A stretch of DNA of 62,554 nucleotides, filler included, from Rhabdomonas costata (GCA_019059605.1; 32 parts of 32 records of this genome joined end to end with filler, not necessarily neighbours in it); one strand, 5' to 3'; counted from the whole stretch's first letter, positions 1 to 13,279 are shown. Notes: a model not told the origin generated them from the sequence alone. Translations and numbers: made by a program.

Positions 1-1099
1 GGGGGGTGTTTTTCCATAAAGAGGTTAGCTACCTCCTTATGCCGTTTTTAAACTTTCTCGTTAAAGGTTTACCCCCTAATACAACTTACTGAAGTGGGCA
101 GAGAACGGAACCAGTGCAGCCTTGGCAACAGCTTTCCTCCACCTTGAACGGTGTGGGGTTGCGTCGGAAAAGTCCAGAGGAGCGAGTGTTCAAGGGGGGC
201 ACCTCATCTCCCAGAAAGCGCATCTTGCAGCACTCGCAGTACCGAGGGGCGACCTCACGGCCGCGCTTGCGAGTGGATTGCCGCTGGGGCTATGAGTAAA
301 GGAACAGATGAGAAATGGAATGCCATCCACTGACCAAAACAGCAGCGGGTCTTCTAAGTCTTTCAAGGATTTGGCAATGATTCCTCAAACTCAGTTTTTC
401 CGGACAATTGTTTTTTGTACAGTTTTGGAATGCGACTAACGTTGTTTGCAGTTCGAGGAGGAGAGGGAGCAAGTGTGCCGTCAGTGCCAGCGCCATCAAC
501 TGAAGACGGTTTAAAGGGTCCCCTCTCTCTTCCTGACCATTTCACACCACCACGTGCTGCAGTGGCATATGTTTCAGAACGATTTGAAGCACCGACGCAG
601 AAGCATTGTTTCACTCGAATCTGAGTAGATGAAGGGTCAGGAGCATCAGATACAAAACCGATGAAAGAACTCCAACCCCTTCCGACCTTCCGTCCGAATA
701 CCTCCTGGCGTCTTCTGGTGGTGGAATCCCCACATGACACCGCCGCCCTAAAACAACACATGCCCCGCAAGAGAGCTCCAAGTGCAAAATAGCACTCTGA
801 TATTCCTTTCCAATATCGACAAGGAGACAAACATGTCCCCCATTCAACTTTTGATGCAGTTTATGGTCGAATGCTGTGAAAAGAGCCATTGCAGTATCAT
901 CCATCACGTCGCAGCCCAAAGCACGAGCATACCCAGGCTTCAATGAAGGTGAGGAGGATGTGGAGGATTCATCGCTGGGCGAAGCCTTTGGGGAGTCCAG
1001 AAGTCGAGGCAGACCGTCGCTGAAAACGCTGAAATGGAAACCAGGCAAACTCCGAGCCAGCCAGAAATTTCTGATGAGGGGCCCACGCACGAGCGGGCA

Positions 1100-1500
1100 G
1101 GGAGAGTGGTGAAACGTGCAGTATGGATATCGATGGTCCTTCTCAGTTCAAGCAGATGTCCTCAACTGAACAAGACCGACACCTTAAATAACAGGGTCAG
1201 GGAGAGGAAGAAAGGTAGGCAGGACAGGCCGAGGAAGGTATACCTGAAAAAGGGCCGGTCTCTGCCGCTCAGGTCGCTCACCCATACGAAGGCCTTACCC
1301 TTCCGGAGCAAGCGCTGCAGGCTAAAGCCAATACCCGCCCCCCACCATCCACACCCCAGGACTGGGACTAGATCTCGAAATTCTTCTCTCTTAAACTGTG
1401 TACAAAACAAGGCCATATAACGACACCTTCAACTCAACCTTCTCCGTCCCCATATCCGATCAAAGGAACCAGCGACCACGCTGTCTTGATTCTCCTCAAG
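1100..1500 (+). mobile_element. Possible decayed non-LTR retrotransposon APE-endonuclease fragment
   Basis: PAPHHPHPRTGTRSR resembles the T(F/H)xxxxxxxSRID motif and is followed about 90 nt later by YPIKGTSDHAVLI (terminal SDH motif); the reading frame is broken. Confidence 0.3.
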
Positions 1501-1859
1501 TTTATATAATACTCACGCAAAAGAACTTTCACTATCCCTTTCACTAAGGAATGATAAAGCCGAAAGGCCGCAGAACCTTTCCTCGTCTTCTGCCGCGGCA
1601 TCGCTGGGATTGCCCTGTGCAAAGATATAAAGATATATGTGATCCCAACGGGGAGAGCCTTTTAACGACGCTTAATTGCATACAACAAGGCACACATTAT
1701 ATCTTAGGTGTGGACAGGAAGGAAAACCATGCACACATGTGCAAGCACACACAGACCCGCGACAGCGAGGCCATCGACACCCGCTCCTCCAGCGCATGCC
1801 TCCGCAGAAAGTCTGCAAGAAAAAATCCACCGAATACAAAACAGAAACTACACAAAACC

Positions 1860-1959
1860 NNNNNNNNNNNNNNNNNNNNNNNNNNNNNNNNNNNNNNNNN
1901 NNNTTAATTAATTAANNNNNNNNNNNNNNNNNNNNNNNNNNNNNNNNNNNNNNNNNNNN
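1860..1959. other. Artificial scaffold spacer N44-TTAATTAATTAA-N44; first of 31 identical spacers, about every 1.96 kb (last at 60599-60698)
   Basis: Identical N-flanked, stop-rich TTAATTAATTAA linker repeats at regular intervals; flanking contigs are all about 1850-1860 nt and unrelated in content. Confidence 0.98.
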
Positions 1960-1984
1960 ACCTTAGGGTGGGGAGTGACGACGT

Positions 1985-2330
1985 CTGAGTTTTGGGTTCG
2001 GTATCTGGATTTCTCTCTTGGGTTTTTGATTTCGTGGTTGGTTTTTTGTTAGGTTTTCTGAGTTCCTCTTCGGCATTTGGTATTCGGGGTTCTTTCTCCT
2101 CTTTGGGTTCTGGATTTCTGAGTTCGGTATTTGGGATTTTGGTCTTCGTATTCTGTATTGGGGTTGGTATTCGGTATTTGTATTGGGGTTCTGAGTCGGC
2201 ATTTGTGGTTTGGGGTTCGTATTCTGGGTTCATGCGTTGGGTTTCTGTCCTCTGCGTTTTGGGTTGGATTTCTGGGGTCGGGGTTCGGAATTCGAGGGGT
2301 TGGGTTTCTGTCTCTAGTGATTTGTGAGTG
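1985..2330. repeat. Degenerate G/T-rich tandem low-complexity repeat (GGTATT, TTGGGTT, TTCTGAGT motifs)
   Basis: Recurrent tttgggttc, ggtattcgg and ttctgagt units with strong strand asymmetry. Confidence 0.7.
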
Positions 2331-3919
2331 CTTAGTGTCTGCAAGTCGAGGATGTTGGTGAGTCGGAGTTATGCCTCGGGGTTTGGTTTAGTCTTCTGGT
2401 TCCATCTTCGGAGTGTGGTCTCTGTTTTGTTTTTCCTGATGTCCCTCGGGATATCTTTACGCGTAATGGTGTGTCACATCAACGACGGATCCAATTGGCC
2501 TTCATTTATATCGACAATAGTCCTCAGTAACCGCGAGTAGTAAGGATTGGTCACCCTGAAGTTCAACGTCTGGTTTGGCATCGTTTCTCTGACTGACCGA
2601 ACTAACATGAGGCATGTGGTGTAGCAGGTATCACGGTGAGGCTATGCAACGTAGCGCGTAACTCAACACCTGATGAACACACTGTAGTAATTGGTAGAGG
2701 CGATTCATTTCATCACCCCACAGGTTGGCCAAGGTGATGTGACCTCTGCTGGTGGACATGAACCCAAGTCATGCATGTGGTAGTAGTGCTGGGTAGGCGA
2801 CCCAAGGTCGACCTATGTATGGCCTGCGAAACCATGCATAGGTGATAATCAACCAACTCAACCCACACGATAGGCACAGTAACTGAGTGGTTGTGGTGAT
2901 CGGTGATGCAACGTCACTCAAGCCATATCGCCCGAGTCATACACGTAACGCAGTGTTGAGGTGACGAGTTACCGGTAGTGGTAGATGTGTCAGAGGGGCA
3001 TACAACGATGGTGCAACCGCCATTCGCGTATACCACTGCCATCGTTGCTACTACTCACACTCGTCAACCCGAGCATTGTGGTTGTGTTAGCCTCGTGGTA
3101 GTGGTAGTGATGAGTGTGGTGCTGACAGGTAGAGGTTGCGTTACTACTTCCACTGCCTAAGGTACACACCAATGCTACTCAAAGCACAGAGGTCATGGTG
3201 TCAATGCTGATGGTTAGAGACAGTGATACGATAGGCGTAGTGCACAGCCGCAATGCCTTATCCACCACATCCACACTTCCATCCAACCGCATGCGTAATT
3301 GTTACAGAGTTAAGAGGGAGTGACTAAGGCGATGTCAGCACATACGCTAAGGTTACTGCTCTAACTCTGCCAACCAAGCATAAGCGTTATGGTGGTAACA
3401 GAAGCCCCATGTTGAAGGCATGCGCTGATGAAACGCCATACCATCACTACCTATGCGTATTCCAGACACTTAGGGGCAGAATGAAGCGTAGCGTTGAGAG
3501 AAAGGAAGGAGTCACGGAAAGCACCATATGCTGGTGAGAGTTACTCCTGACAAGATGCAGAGGTATCAACGATAACTCTTCATTTAGTCGTCAGCATGCT
3601 CCGATGGTCGCATGCTTCCTCCAACAGAGTTTCACTCCACCGACTGACGTCTGCTACGTTCACTTATAGTCACTTCGCCCGAGTCCCTCGCTACGTTCCT
3701 CCTGACGTTCTCGCTTCCCTGCGCTACGCTCGTCCTCTGCATACGTTCCTTCGACCACGTTGATGGTTCACACTCGACAAGCTACGTTCATGTATACTGT
3801 TCACTGGTAACACCCCAACNNNNNNNNNNNNNNNNNNNNNNNNNNNNNNNNNNNNNNNNNNNNTTAATTAATTAANNNNNNNNNNNNNNNNNNNNNNNNN
3901 NNNNNNNNNNNNNNNNNNN

Positions 3920-4270
3920 GGGTTTGGGGTCCGAACTGCATGATCTGGTAGGCGAATGTTTTGTACTTTGTTTTGAAGGCTGTGCGCTCCAAGTGGTATG
4001 GGTAGATCTTGATCTGGTGAAATCTAGAGTGCAGATTACTTCATGCTGGAGAAAACGAAGCTGTGACAATGCGTGGCAGTTGTTGAATTTATTTGAACAG
4101 AAAAATCTTGTTCCATTTCCATATCTTCATTTCGTTGTCACGCTAGCAGCGGACGTCTGTGCTAATTGGAATGTTCCACCTTTTTCAGAGTGTTGGAGAG
4201 CGGATCCTCCATTGATCTGGTAGGGATAAATGGAGGCTATGGTGTTTGTGTGATGGATGAGGAGGAAGAT
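3920..4270 (-). mobile_element. Decayed Ty3/Gypsy LTR-retrotransposon reverse transcriptase fragment
   Basis: Minus strand reads SNLHSRFHQIKIYPYHLERTAFKTKYKTFAYQIMQFG, matching Gypsy RT LDLxSGYHQIxIxxxDxxKTAFxTxxGxFEYxxMPFG; an upstream frameshifted YP(L)P..MED motif; an in-frame stop is present. Confidence 0.65.
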
Positions 4271-5879
4271 GCGGAGTAGACTCCTTGCGCTCACTAAAGA
4301 TTACCTTATAACTCAACTGTGGCAATGCAAATTGTTTTCAATTGCAATATGTGGAGATATACAAAGAGAAGCATTTTAAAATTAAAATTCCGCATGCCTT
4401 ACGTCCAACTCCCGTGTGAAGTCTGCATCAAGTTCAATCACTTCTGTTGTTAGCTGCTGAGGCACAAGGAGTTGCATCGTACCAACTCCAGAGGATCCAA
4501 AACACATTCACATCACAAAATCTTTGAACGTTGTAGGCAAATGCGCACGGGGTGTATTGCAATGTACTCCAACAGCAATTGAGCCACCACTTCACACTTC
4601 CGAAAACTGAATCTTGACGTTTTAGTCCCAATTCCGTTGTAGAACGTAGAACAGCAAGAATTTTACAGTTACTTGATATTCGCAATTGCTACCGCTCTAA
4701 CCGGGTTTTGTGCTTCCAAACCAAACCACTGCGCGTGTCAATACTTCAATACATTCCTGTAGCAAGCAATCGTACTTGTTGCCGTACTGCATCATACGCA
4801 TTGCCCGCATTTATGCATGTGTGTAAACGACTGCTTCCTACCCAAACTCCACAACTCCAGTTAACTCAAACCAATTTTTTTACACTATCTAACTCCACGC
4901 AAATTTCAGCAATAATTTATATTTTGTGGTCACCATCCCTCCATCCCAACAATTGCGAACTTCACGCCTACTGCGCTTGTGGGCAACAGTGATGAGTGAT
5001 GTTTGGCACACTACCTTTTGTGATGTGAAGGAAACGGACGTTTCAGGAGAAACCGTCAATCTATTTTTGGTTTTGTTAGATAAACATGAATGCAAGGCGG
5101 TTACATGACAACAAAATGTCTCCAGCCTCTGATTATCTACGCAAGAAGTTGCAAATATGACTGAGACATATGCCAACAAAGCATGGCAATGTCACAAGCC
5201 TACCATGTCTCTTGAATCTGTAGGCTGCTGCGTGTGAGACTCAGCATGTCTCCTGTGAGCGAACTTCCCATGCTTTGAGCACTCTTCAGACCTACTACTC
5301 AGACTGAACTCATCACTCAATACGCTGAAGCACTTTGCATGCGTCAAATAGCAATCTGGTTGTGGCTCTAAGAATAAATTGATTTCATGAATCACAAACA
5401 ACAAAAGCACAAACAAAGGAAATCAAAGACCAAACCATTAGATCAGCCTCTTCCCATCCCCTTTTGTCTGCCGCAAACCTTAATCAAACAAAGGACCACT
5501 CTGAACAAAAACAGGTCCAGAGAACACGCAAACAACATCCTTCGATGCAATCGAATTTCTTCCTTCGAAGTAATTATCTTTCTTTCTTTCTTAAATTACG
5601 CCAATTAAGACATTGATGACATAATCTTTGAGATTTCCAGAATTCCTTCTGTCTTCGATGCAACTCTCTTGTGCAAAAACTTATTTTCAATGCAACTATG
5701 GCGCTTTACTATTGCCACTCTTCTGTCTCTGGCCCGGCCCTCGGCAATTCTTACGGAGCTCGTCTTTTCTTTGACACCCNNNNNNNNNNNNNNNNNNNNN
5801 NNNNNNNNNNNNNNNNNNNNNNNTTAATTAATTAANNNNNNNNNNNNNNNNNNNNNNNNNNNNNNNNNNNNNNNNNNNN

Positions 5880-6130
5880 TGTGGTGGTGTTGCCGACACC
5901 GCCAGCAGCGGCGGCAACACCACTGCGCACCTCTCAGACCCACTTTGACGCCCACTTGGCGGAGCATCCCGGGGACAAGCCCGCACGGTGGTACCGAAAT
6001 AACGCCCGGCGGTGGGCGGGTCTCCGTCACCCCGACTGGGGCCTTACCGCACCCCTGGGGTTGCAGCTCCTGAGCGCTGTCCCTGCAATGGAGTCCGTCG
6101 TAGGCTCCCCGACTGCCTCTTTCACATCAC
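5880..6130 (+). mobile_element. Possible hAT transposase C-terminal dimerisation-domain relic
   Basis: FDAHLAEHPGDKPARWYRNNARRW...LGLQLLSAVPA resembles LxxYLxE..DPLxWWxxNxxxF..LAxxLLSIPA; the downstream SxERxFS motif is not intact. Confidence 0.3.
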
Positions 6131-7849
6131 CGGCCATTGTATCCGTCTCCAATGTGGTGAAGGACTGCCACCAAAACCTCTGAGCAAACCTGTCGTACGC
6201 GCGGCAAGGAGTAACCGAGTGACACGTGGTTCTTTTTGTTCATTTGGATGTGTCTGGAACCTGCCCGGAAGTATTGTGTGAGGTGTGTACCTGCACCACT
6301 TTTTCCTCGTGTTCCATCCCAGCCTGCTTTTGCTTGATTTCTGTGCGTTTGCGGAAGAAGCGCGCTTCTCTGCGGTCTTTAATTTTTACAGAGTTTAGCT
6401 CTTTCTCTTTCCTCTTCGAGTAAGTCCTAGCGGTGCATACCATGGTGCAGGAACACCCTTGTGGCTTTCACTCTGCGTGGACTTTGGAGAAAGAGAGTGT
6501 ACCCCTGTTCTCTTGGTATTACTTCTTGTTCAGCTGTGGTGTGCATGAATGTCTGGCTCGCGGGGTGTTCTCTGCACTCGGTTTGATGTCGGGTGGCACC
6601 CTATGCAGTTTTTGCTAACGCTCTGTGCAGCGCAAATGGGTGAAGGTGATCTGGTTTTATCTCTTCTTCGTTTACGCGTGGTCTCCAACACTGGAACGTC
6701 CCTCGTTCCTGAAAATCTCTTCAATGTCATCTTTATCATTATTACAAGTGGAGGGGTTATTGCCCATGTTTCATTCATCTATCTTCCACCGAATTCCTCT
6801 TCTGCAAACAGTAGCATGAAGCTACACATAGGACGCAAGACGCCGAAAGCACGTTTCGTGATGCCTGATCATTGGGTGTGCACCTTCACCTCCAGAGATG
6901 GTCACTATTGCATCCGCTCGCTCTTCATTCTTCCCTTGTGCGTTCTATGGATGATAGGAAGCGTCTGGCAATTCGCTGGCGCAAGGGCACAACATTGTGT
7001 TGAAGAAGCTTTCAAGTTGCTTCGAACACAATGATAAACAATTCGTGCAGCTCCTTGTTTACCGCTGTTTGTTATGTGTTGTTGTTGCGATTTCTTCTCG
7101 GATGACGTTATTGTCTCCGTATCAGAGAGAGATTGCGCAATCAAACCTCGTTTATTTCCCATTCCCACTCAGTTACTTTGCTTACCTCTCCTTTTTGACA
7201 CTGCTGCTGGTGTGACCTACAGAAATATTCAAATTGCTGTCAAGCCAAAGGTTGGGCTCATTCTGCGTTTCAGCATTGGTGGGGTTTTGCTACTGAGCAA
7301 TGAACAAACAAAGCGATATATAACGTGGGATTGCACAAGCGCCATCGTCTAGCTGCGCCTGGGATTTGTCCTTTGGCTTCTTTCGGGCGCCTGTCGTGTT
7401 TTCCCAATTTTAATGGACCTGGGAAGCGCTGAGGTGCATGAGCAAGCGTCACGGTCCTTCCGATGCTACCTTAATGTGAAGCTGCGCAAATGCTCCTGAT
7501 GTTTCTTTTTTCCTTCCGGAATCCCCTGCGCAAAGTTTGTCTTGAGCAATGGGCGGTCTTCAAATGTAAGCAATGAAAACCTATCATAGGCAACCAAACA
7601 AACCGCGGCAAACACTTGTAACAGAGGACCATGTTGGTCCACAAATATTTCCAATATTTGTTTTATTATTTGTTTATCTTCTCCCTAACCGCCACCGCCC
7701 ATACACATTCGCTGCCGGGTACCGGTTCCCATCCCCCCNNNNNNNNNNNNNNNNNNNNNNNNNNNNNNNNNNNNNNNNNNNNTTAATTAATTAANNNNNN
7801 NNNNNNNNNNNNNNNNNNNNNNNNNNNNNNNNNNNNNNGGTGGTGGTTA

Positions 7850-9637
7850 GTTGAGGTTGGGCAGCTTGTGCTCCTTGCTGTCAGACGAGGTCACGAAGTG
7901 GTCGATCTGAGCCATCGCCAGCTCGACCTCCTGAACCAAGGAAAGGAAAGGAAAGAGAAACTGTCTGCACTCTACCCCATCACATCCTAGGAGACTGCAC
8001 GCAGCAAAAGCACACCTTCAATCAAAGAAAGGCGGGATATTTGAACGAGAAATGCGAAATTCCGGAATTTCTGAATGATGCTTCTGGAATCTGACATGGT
8101 GCTTTCTCAAGGCAGTGGAGGTCATTTGGGAGAGGGCATTCGCTCGCTCCTACCCTCAATCGCCAACACTTTGCACCATTCTCCAACCAAAATAGTGGCG
8201 GTGTTGAGGTGTTGAGGGTAACTTTTAAACTACACCTTGATGTCTGACTCTTGCGAAAGCACCACAGGGGAGTAAGGTCCGGCCTGCGCTGTGTCCTCCG
8301 CTGAGGGCTCTGGGGTGTAGTGCCGCCGCAGAGCAGCCTCCGTGGGCGAATCGACGTAGGTCACTCCCTTGCCGATCCACCTGAAAGCAATCAGACCCGC
8401 TCAAGAAAAAAGTAGTGGTTCATCCTGCAGGTTCGGCACTCAACACGGGGGCCCACCAGATAGACAAAGTCGGCGGAACTTAGATTCTCGGAGTGCTGTC
8501 CCGCATTAAAAAGTTAAGTTGTGTAACGAAGCAAACGCGGTCAAAACTTCTCAAATTCTAAGTACTAACATTAGCACGCGCGGCGATGGTTGAAGTGATG
8601 CAAAAGAGGGAGGGGGGGGAACAAAAATAACCGAGCGCGAGCTGAAAAGAAGAGGGGCGAAAGAGGAGAACAGAGGCTACCGCCCGAAGTCCATCCCGTT
8701 CCGCCTGTTGAACTCCACTCCAGTGGCATCCAGGGTAAACCCCGGGGAAAACGTCAGCTGGGAAAGGGATACCCCTCTCGGAAACACGAAAAAGTTGAAC
8801 GGGTGAACCTGCGCAATCCAGCAAGCAAGGAAGCACACCGATAGATTTTTGAGCAAGCGCTTCACATATTTGAAGCCTGTGTGTGTATGTGTGCAAAATG
8901 TTTTGGTGTATCGTAACTGCTGCTGCTGTAACTGCTGGGGTGCTGCGCCGGTGCAGCGAACGTGAGGAGACAAGAGTTGTTTTCTTTTCATCTTTTTTTT
9001 TTCGGGGAGGGGGGGGTTCACGCATTCAGTTTTTGAGTGGTATTGCTTTGTTCCAGTCTTGCCGAGGTGGGAATGTGCGGTTTGTCGCAGCTGAGCAGCC
9101 AATCACAACGGAGCACGGCACACTCATGAGCAGCACATCATCCCAGGATGGGAAAACATTGTTTGCCCCTGTGTTTTTTGCTCTTGGATTCTGTTCTTGA
9201 CGGTATGACCAATTGAGTCGTTGGTGCGGAGTTGTTGGTGCGCCCCGCCAGACACCCACATCGTGACCGCAGAGCCGGAGCCCTGCTCAGCCGAAGCGAA
9301 GGCATATTTCGTGCGAGGACTGAGAGCCTCCCTCCCCCATTTTACATACGTGTCATGCTCACCCATCAGATGGTCCGCCCCCTCCCCGCCTCATCTCCCT
9401 TTCTTGTAATGAATATGGACTTGACAGTTACAAATGTCGAAAACAAGACCAAACAGTCTCGGGTCGTCCTCCTCCAAAACTCATGGCGATATAAGTGACA
9501 AGCGTTTGTACGGGAAGCAAGGGAAGGGCGAGGTAACCTGGTATTCAAAGCCAGGAATATCAGACAGCCTGGTGAAAATTGCCAGGCCGACCTGAATGAT
9601 TCCGTACTTCATGCCCACTTTACGCAGCCTGGTGTAC
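7850..9637 (-). CDS. PARN: Poly(A)-specific ribonuclease PARN (CAF1/DEDD family), internal exons 9637-9538, 8808-8681, 8380-8236, 7930-~7850
   Basis: Spliced YTRLRKVGMKYGIIQVGLAIF...VHPFNFFVFPR...VEFNRRNGMDFGRWIGKGVTYV...EVELAMAQIDHFVTS (start of R3H-like region); all junctions GT-AG and in frame. Confidence 0.85.
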
Positions 9638-11997
9638 CTAAAAAGCAGACCCCTCCCCCTTCGCAGCCGCCCCGTAAAAATCGCAACCCAGAAACGCNNN
9701 NNNNNNNNNNNNNNNNNNNNNNNNNNNNNNNNNNNNNNNNNTTAATTAATTAANNNNNNNNNNNNNNNNNNNNNNNNNNNNNNNNNNNNNNNNNNNNGGT
9801 TGTGGTGAGAGTAGCGATATTACGTAACGTTCTCTAACACCATACAGCCGCCCTGGCTATGCCTACCAGTAAATTTCCCATTGAATCGCTACTCTTACCA
9901 CTCGTTTTCCCAACCTGCACGGCAGTCTAACCCGAGTGCAACCTCCCCGTTGCACCTTTTACTGAAAGCATGCCCCGGTCCCTCGATCGTGCACCATCTG
10001 AATCTTTTTGTCAAGACGATAACCTGACTGAAAGTGCAATTCATCTCATCCAATTCCATGAGCCTCATTCCTTAAATCTTGAAATTCTGAATAACCAGAA
10101 TGCCCCCTTGGAATGGCTGGCTTCAGGCGACGCCTTGGCTCAGGAGCTGCGGCATTCGTCTCAGTTCTCTGGGGATCTGGTTACCCTGTCCAATAAAGCC
10201 AGCGCAGCTCGTGGCATTTTTCGTTTCTCGCTTTGGCGAGGGCAGGAAGGAAAGCTCTTAGGCCAACCCACACATTGGACCGGCTTTTGAAGGAACAAGT
10301 GAAACGCTTCAACCTGGGATGCCAGAAGGTCGTGAGAAGAATTCGGACTAAGCATATGACCAAATGGAACCATTGCGTCATTCTCCGACCCTCGCCTGTT
10401 CGCCCTCCTTTGCTGAACGTCTCTTCCAAAAGGACTAATTTGCTTTGCGGCGAAGGAGTGATTTTGACCATGGCTGTGAAGAACGACGAAGCGACGGCAC
10501 AGTAATTGATCAAATATGTGTATAAAGTTTTCTTTTCTGGAGAACGGACATGCGTTAAAGGTCGATGTCACGTAGGGTATTTACTCACTCAAGAGTCATC
10601 TTGCAACACAAGTTTGCCTTCGAACGTGGAATTGTAACATTTTTGGAATTCGCAAGGTTATTCATTGTGAGGACACAACCTTTCCTGCTATGTGGCGACG
10701 TGTCGTCCCCGACGCAGTTGTGTGCTGGTGAGGGGGTCGCACGTTCAGGGAAGGGGCTTGGCCTTGACTGGCAGCGGCGGCCGCGCATCAGAGACTGCTG
10801 AACCACCTCATCTCAGCTTCTTTCCAGATACTATAAGAAATCAAGCTTTCCATTACAGTACGGTGTGTATCTGGTTGCAGGTGTGTATCTGCGCACATGA
10901 AAGATGCGGCATACGCGTTGATGATCAGGGGAAGGAGGCGGAGGGAGTCCGGCAAAACCATCTGAGCAATGGTGCGCTGGGCCTGGGGCAAGCACCCCCT
11001 GCACACAAAAAGAGCAGGCACCAATTGTAGGGCAAGGACCGTGACCGTTCGGTGGTGAATGGAAGCGTTCGACCCCCGCCCTCCTCACATCAACCTTGTC
11101 CGCGACTCCACAGACAGCTGACAGGTCGAGCCCACACCATGGTCTATTCATAGAGACCCATACAACATGCAAGGAATACCAATGTTTTTTTTTTCGCTAC
11201 GTACACTTAATTTCAGAAAATAGTGGGCGAAACGTGGAGAGAAAGGTCTGGTCTCTGGTAAGTCGTGCCTGGGCCCCTTTTCGGTGCCCGTTCTTTTTTC
11301 TATTGTTTGCCCTGCTTCATTACCTGCTGCCTGGGCCGTGCGACCTTCGTTCACGGCATACGCGCTTGCCTTGTTCTTGTCCATATTCTTTCTCTGTAAG
11401 TTTCCCATCTTCACTCCCTTCATTTCTCCCCCCCTCTTTACTGTTCTCGGCGGTGCCGTTTTCGGCATGCCGGTGACTACCTATGTGTTCTCGCAGGTTC
11501 TTCCCTCAGATTGCATTTCTACCCCTCTCCCCTGGCTCTGTTCCTCGAGGCACGGCCGCAGGTTTTCTGTGTGCTTTTGAGCGAGAGAGAGAGTTTGCGT
11601 TTGCAAAATAAATAGGCTGTTTTGAACAGCTCGCCTTCTGACCCTGCCCTCCCTTTNNNNNNNNNNNNNNNNNNNNNNNNNNNNNNNNNNNNNNNNNNNN
11701 TTAATTAATTAANNNNNNNNNNNNNNNNNNNNNNNNNNNNNNNNNNNNNNNNNNNNGTGGTTGGGTCCAGAGGGCGGTCGGTCCATGCGTATGTCCGCTC
11801 TGCCAACAGGGCAACGCAGACACCAGATCCGCCCCTTCCCTTGTCCGCTGCTGTTGACGCTCGCGAACATAGACCTGAACGTAGACCTGCATTCTCCCTT
11901 ATTGCCAATGTCCGGATGTGCTTTAAAGTTGACCTCTGGCGTGCCACAGAGGTTGAGGGATTGGGGGTGGGACAGGGTAGGTGGGGTGCCTCCACAG

Positions 11998-13279
11998 GTT
12001 CCGAGGGGATACCGTGCCCGTGAGGTTCACCACACGGACCTTCCAAGGCAAGATGCCCTCCGTGACGTACCACATCCCGGTGAGGGTGACAATGGACGCG
12101 CTGTCCGACGTATGGTGATGCGGGCAGTGTCAGGGTGCTCTCATTGGAAGGTGGTAGTGAAAGTACTCGGGTGCCTGTTCCGCACCGGTGAATCTTTGCT
12201 TTTAACTGAGCTTTTTACAAAAGCTGTTACGTACGTGCTGTTGGTGAGGAGGTACACTATAACCACTGACGTCGCGGAAACGCCCTCACCTAAGGTTGGA
12301 GAGTTATTGCTGTTTTTCATTTCGTGACTTTTGCCTAAGTTTTTTTTGATCGGCGCTGAGTATTGTGTTGGCACTTGTTGGCACTTCTGCAGTTCGTGAA
12401 CTCCATTCTGGGGATGGACCCCCCGGTTGCGTTCAACTTCCTCTGCCGCAATGAGTTCATTGTCTTCAACGTGCTCGAGAAGTACATGAAGAAGCGAAAT
12501 ATTAACAAGGTCGCGACAAACAGAGCAAATGGAATAGGATAGGGTGGGGATGGGATGAGATGGGGATGGACAGGGCCCATACCCTCGCGATTTTGTCAGG
12601 CTTGTGACCGCTGCTCCTCCTTCCCTCTCGTGTGCCTACCACGCCTGCGCGCAGGAAACGACCTTGGACTTGGAGTACACTCCTGCATGTACGCTGCCGG
12701 GCGCTGCTCCTCTTGTTTTGTCTTTCTTTTTTTGTGTGTTCTTTTGATTGTGGCGAATGCCCTGTATAGAGTAGGGTTAGGTGGTCCCATTTTCTTGTGC
12801 CAGTGCAAAATGAAAGAAACGATTGCGCTGAAAGCTAAAACGCCTAAAACGAAATTTCTATGCATGATTTGGCCAGTGGTGTTCTTGGTTTTGATTTCAG
12901 TCTAGCTAAGGGTGTCTCAGTCCACCCCGAATTTGTTGGTGACTTGCGGAGCAGGATGAGCGGATATTGATATTAGGGTACCTGTTGGTTGTGGTCAGAT
13001 TGTCATTGCTGGAAAATACTATTGGAAAACGCAATAAAAGCGTGTTGGAAATTAGCTTTGGATGGAGAAATGGATTTATGGATGGAAAAAGCATGATAAA
13101 AGATCTCTGAGACAGGATTCCTTTTCAGTTGACATCGAGGCGGGCACGAGCATGCCCCATGACGACTGGGTCAGCACGATCTGCCGCCTACCCCTCCCTG
13201 AGCCCGAGGCGGGGACAAGTCAAGAGGACCCTGCGCTGACTCAGCCATATCTCACAGGCTCCTACGACCGCTGCGTCCG
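11998..13279 (+). CDS. WDR12: Ribosome biogenesis protein WDR12/Ytm1 (NLE domain plus first WD40), exons 11998-12109, 12393-12509, 12655-12688, 13129-~13279
   Basis: VPVRFTTR...YHIP...FVNSILG...FNFL...ETTLDLEY...PHDDWVS...LTGSYDRCVR; GT-AG junctions in frame. Confidence 0.85.

Noticed and set aside
1904-2344. Pro/Glu/Lys/Thr-rich ORFs
   Set aside because: Open in several frames because of low-complexity repeat composition.
2760-2840. cox1 fragment (PMHGFAG...YP)
   Set aside because: The motifs fall in different frames and flanking cox1 sequence is absent; too weak to call.
9798-11656. Retroelement or coding content in this contig
   Set aside because: No convincing motif or exon structure in any frame.
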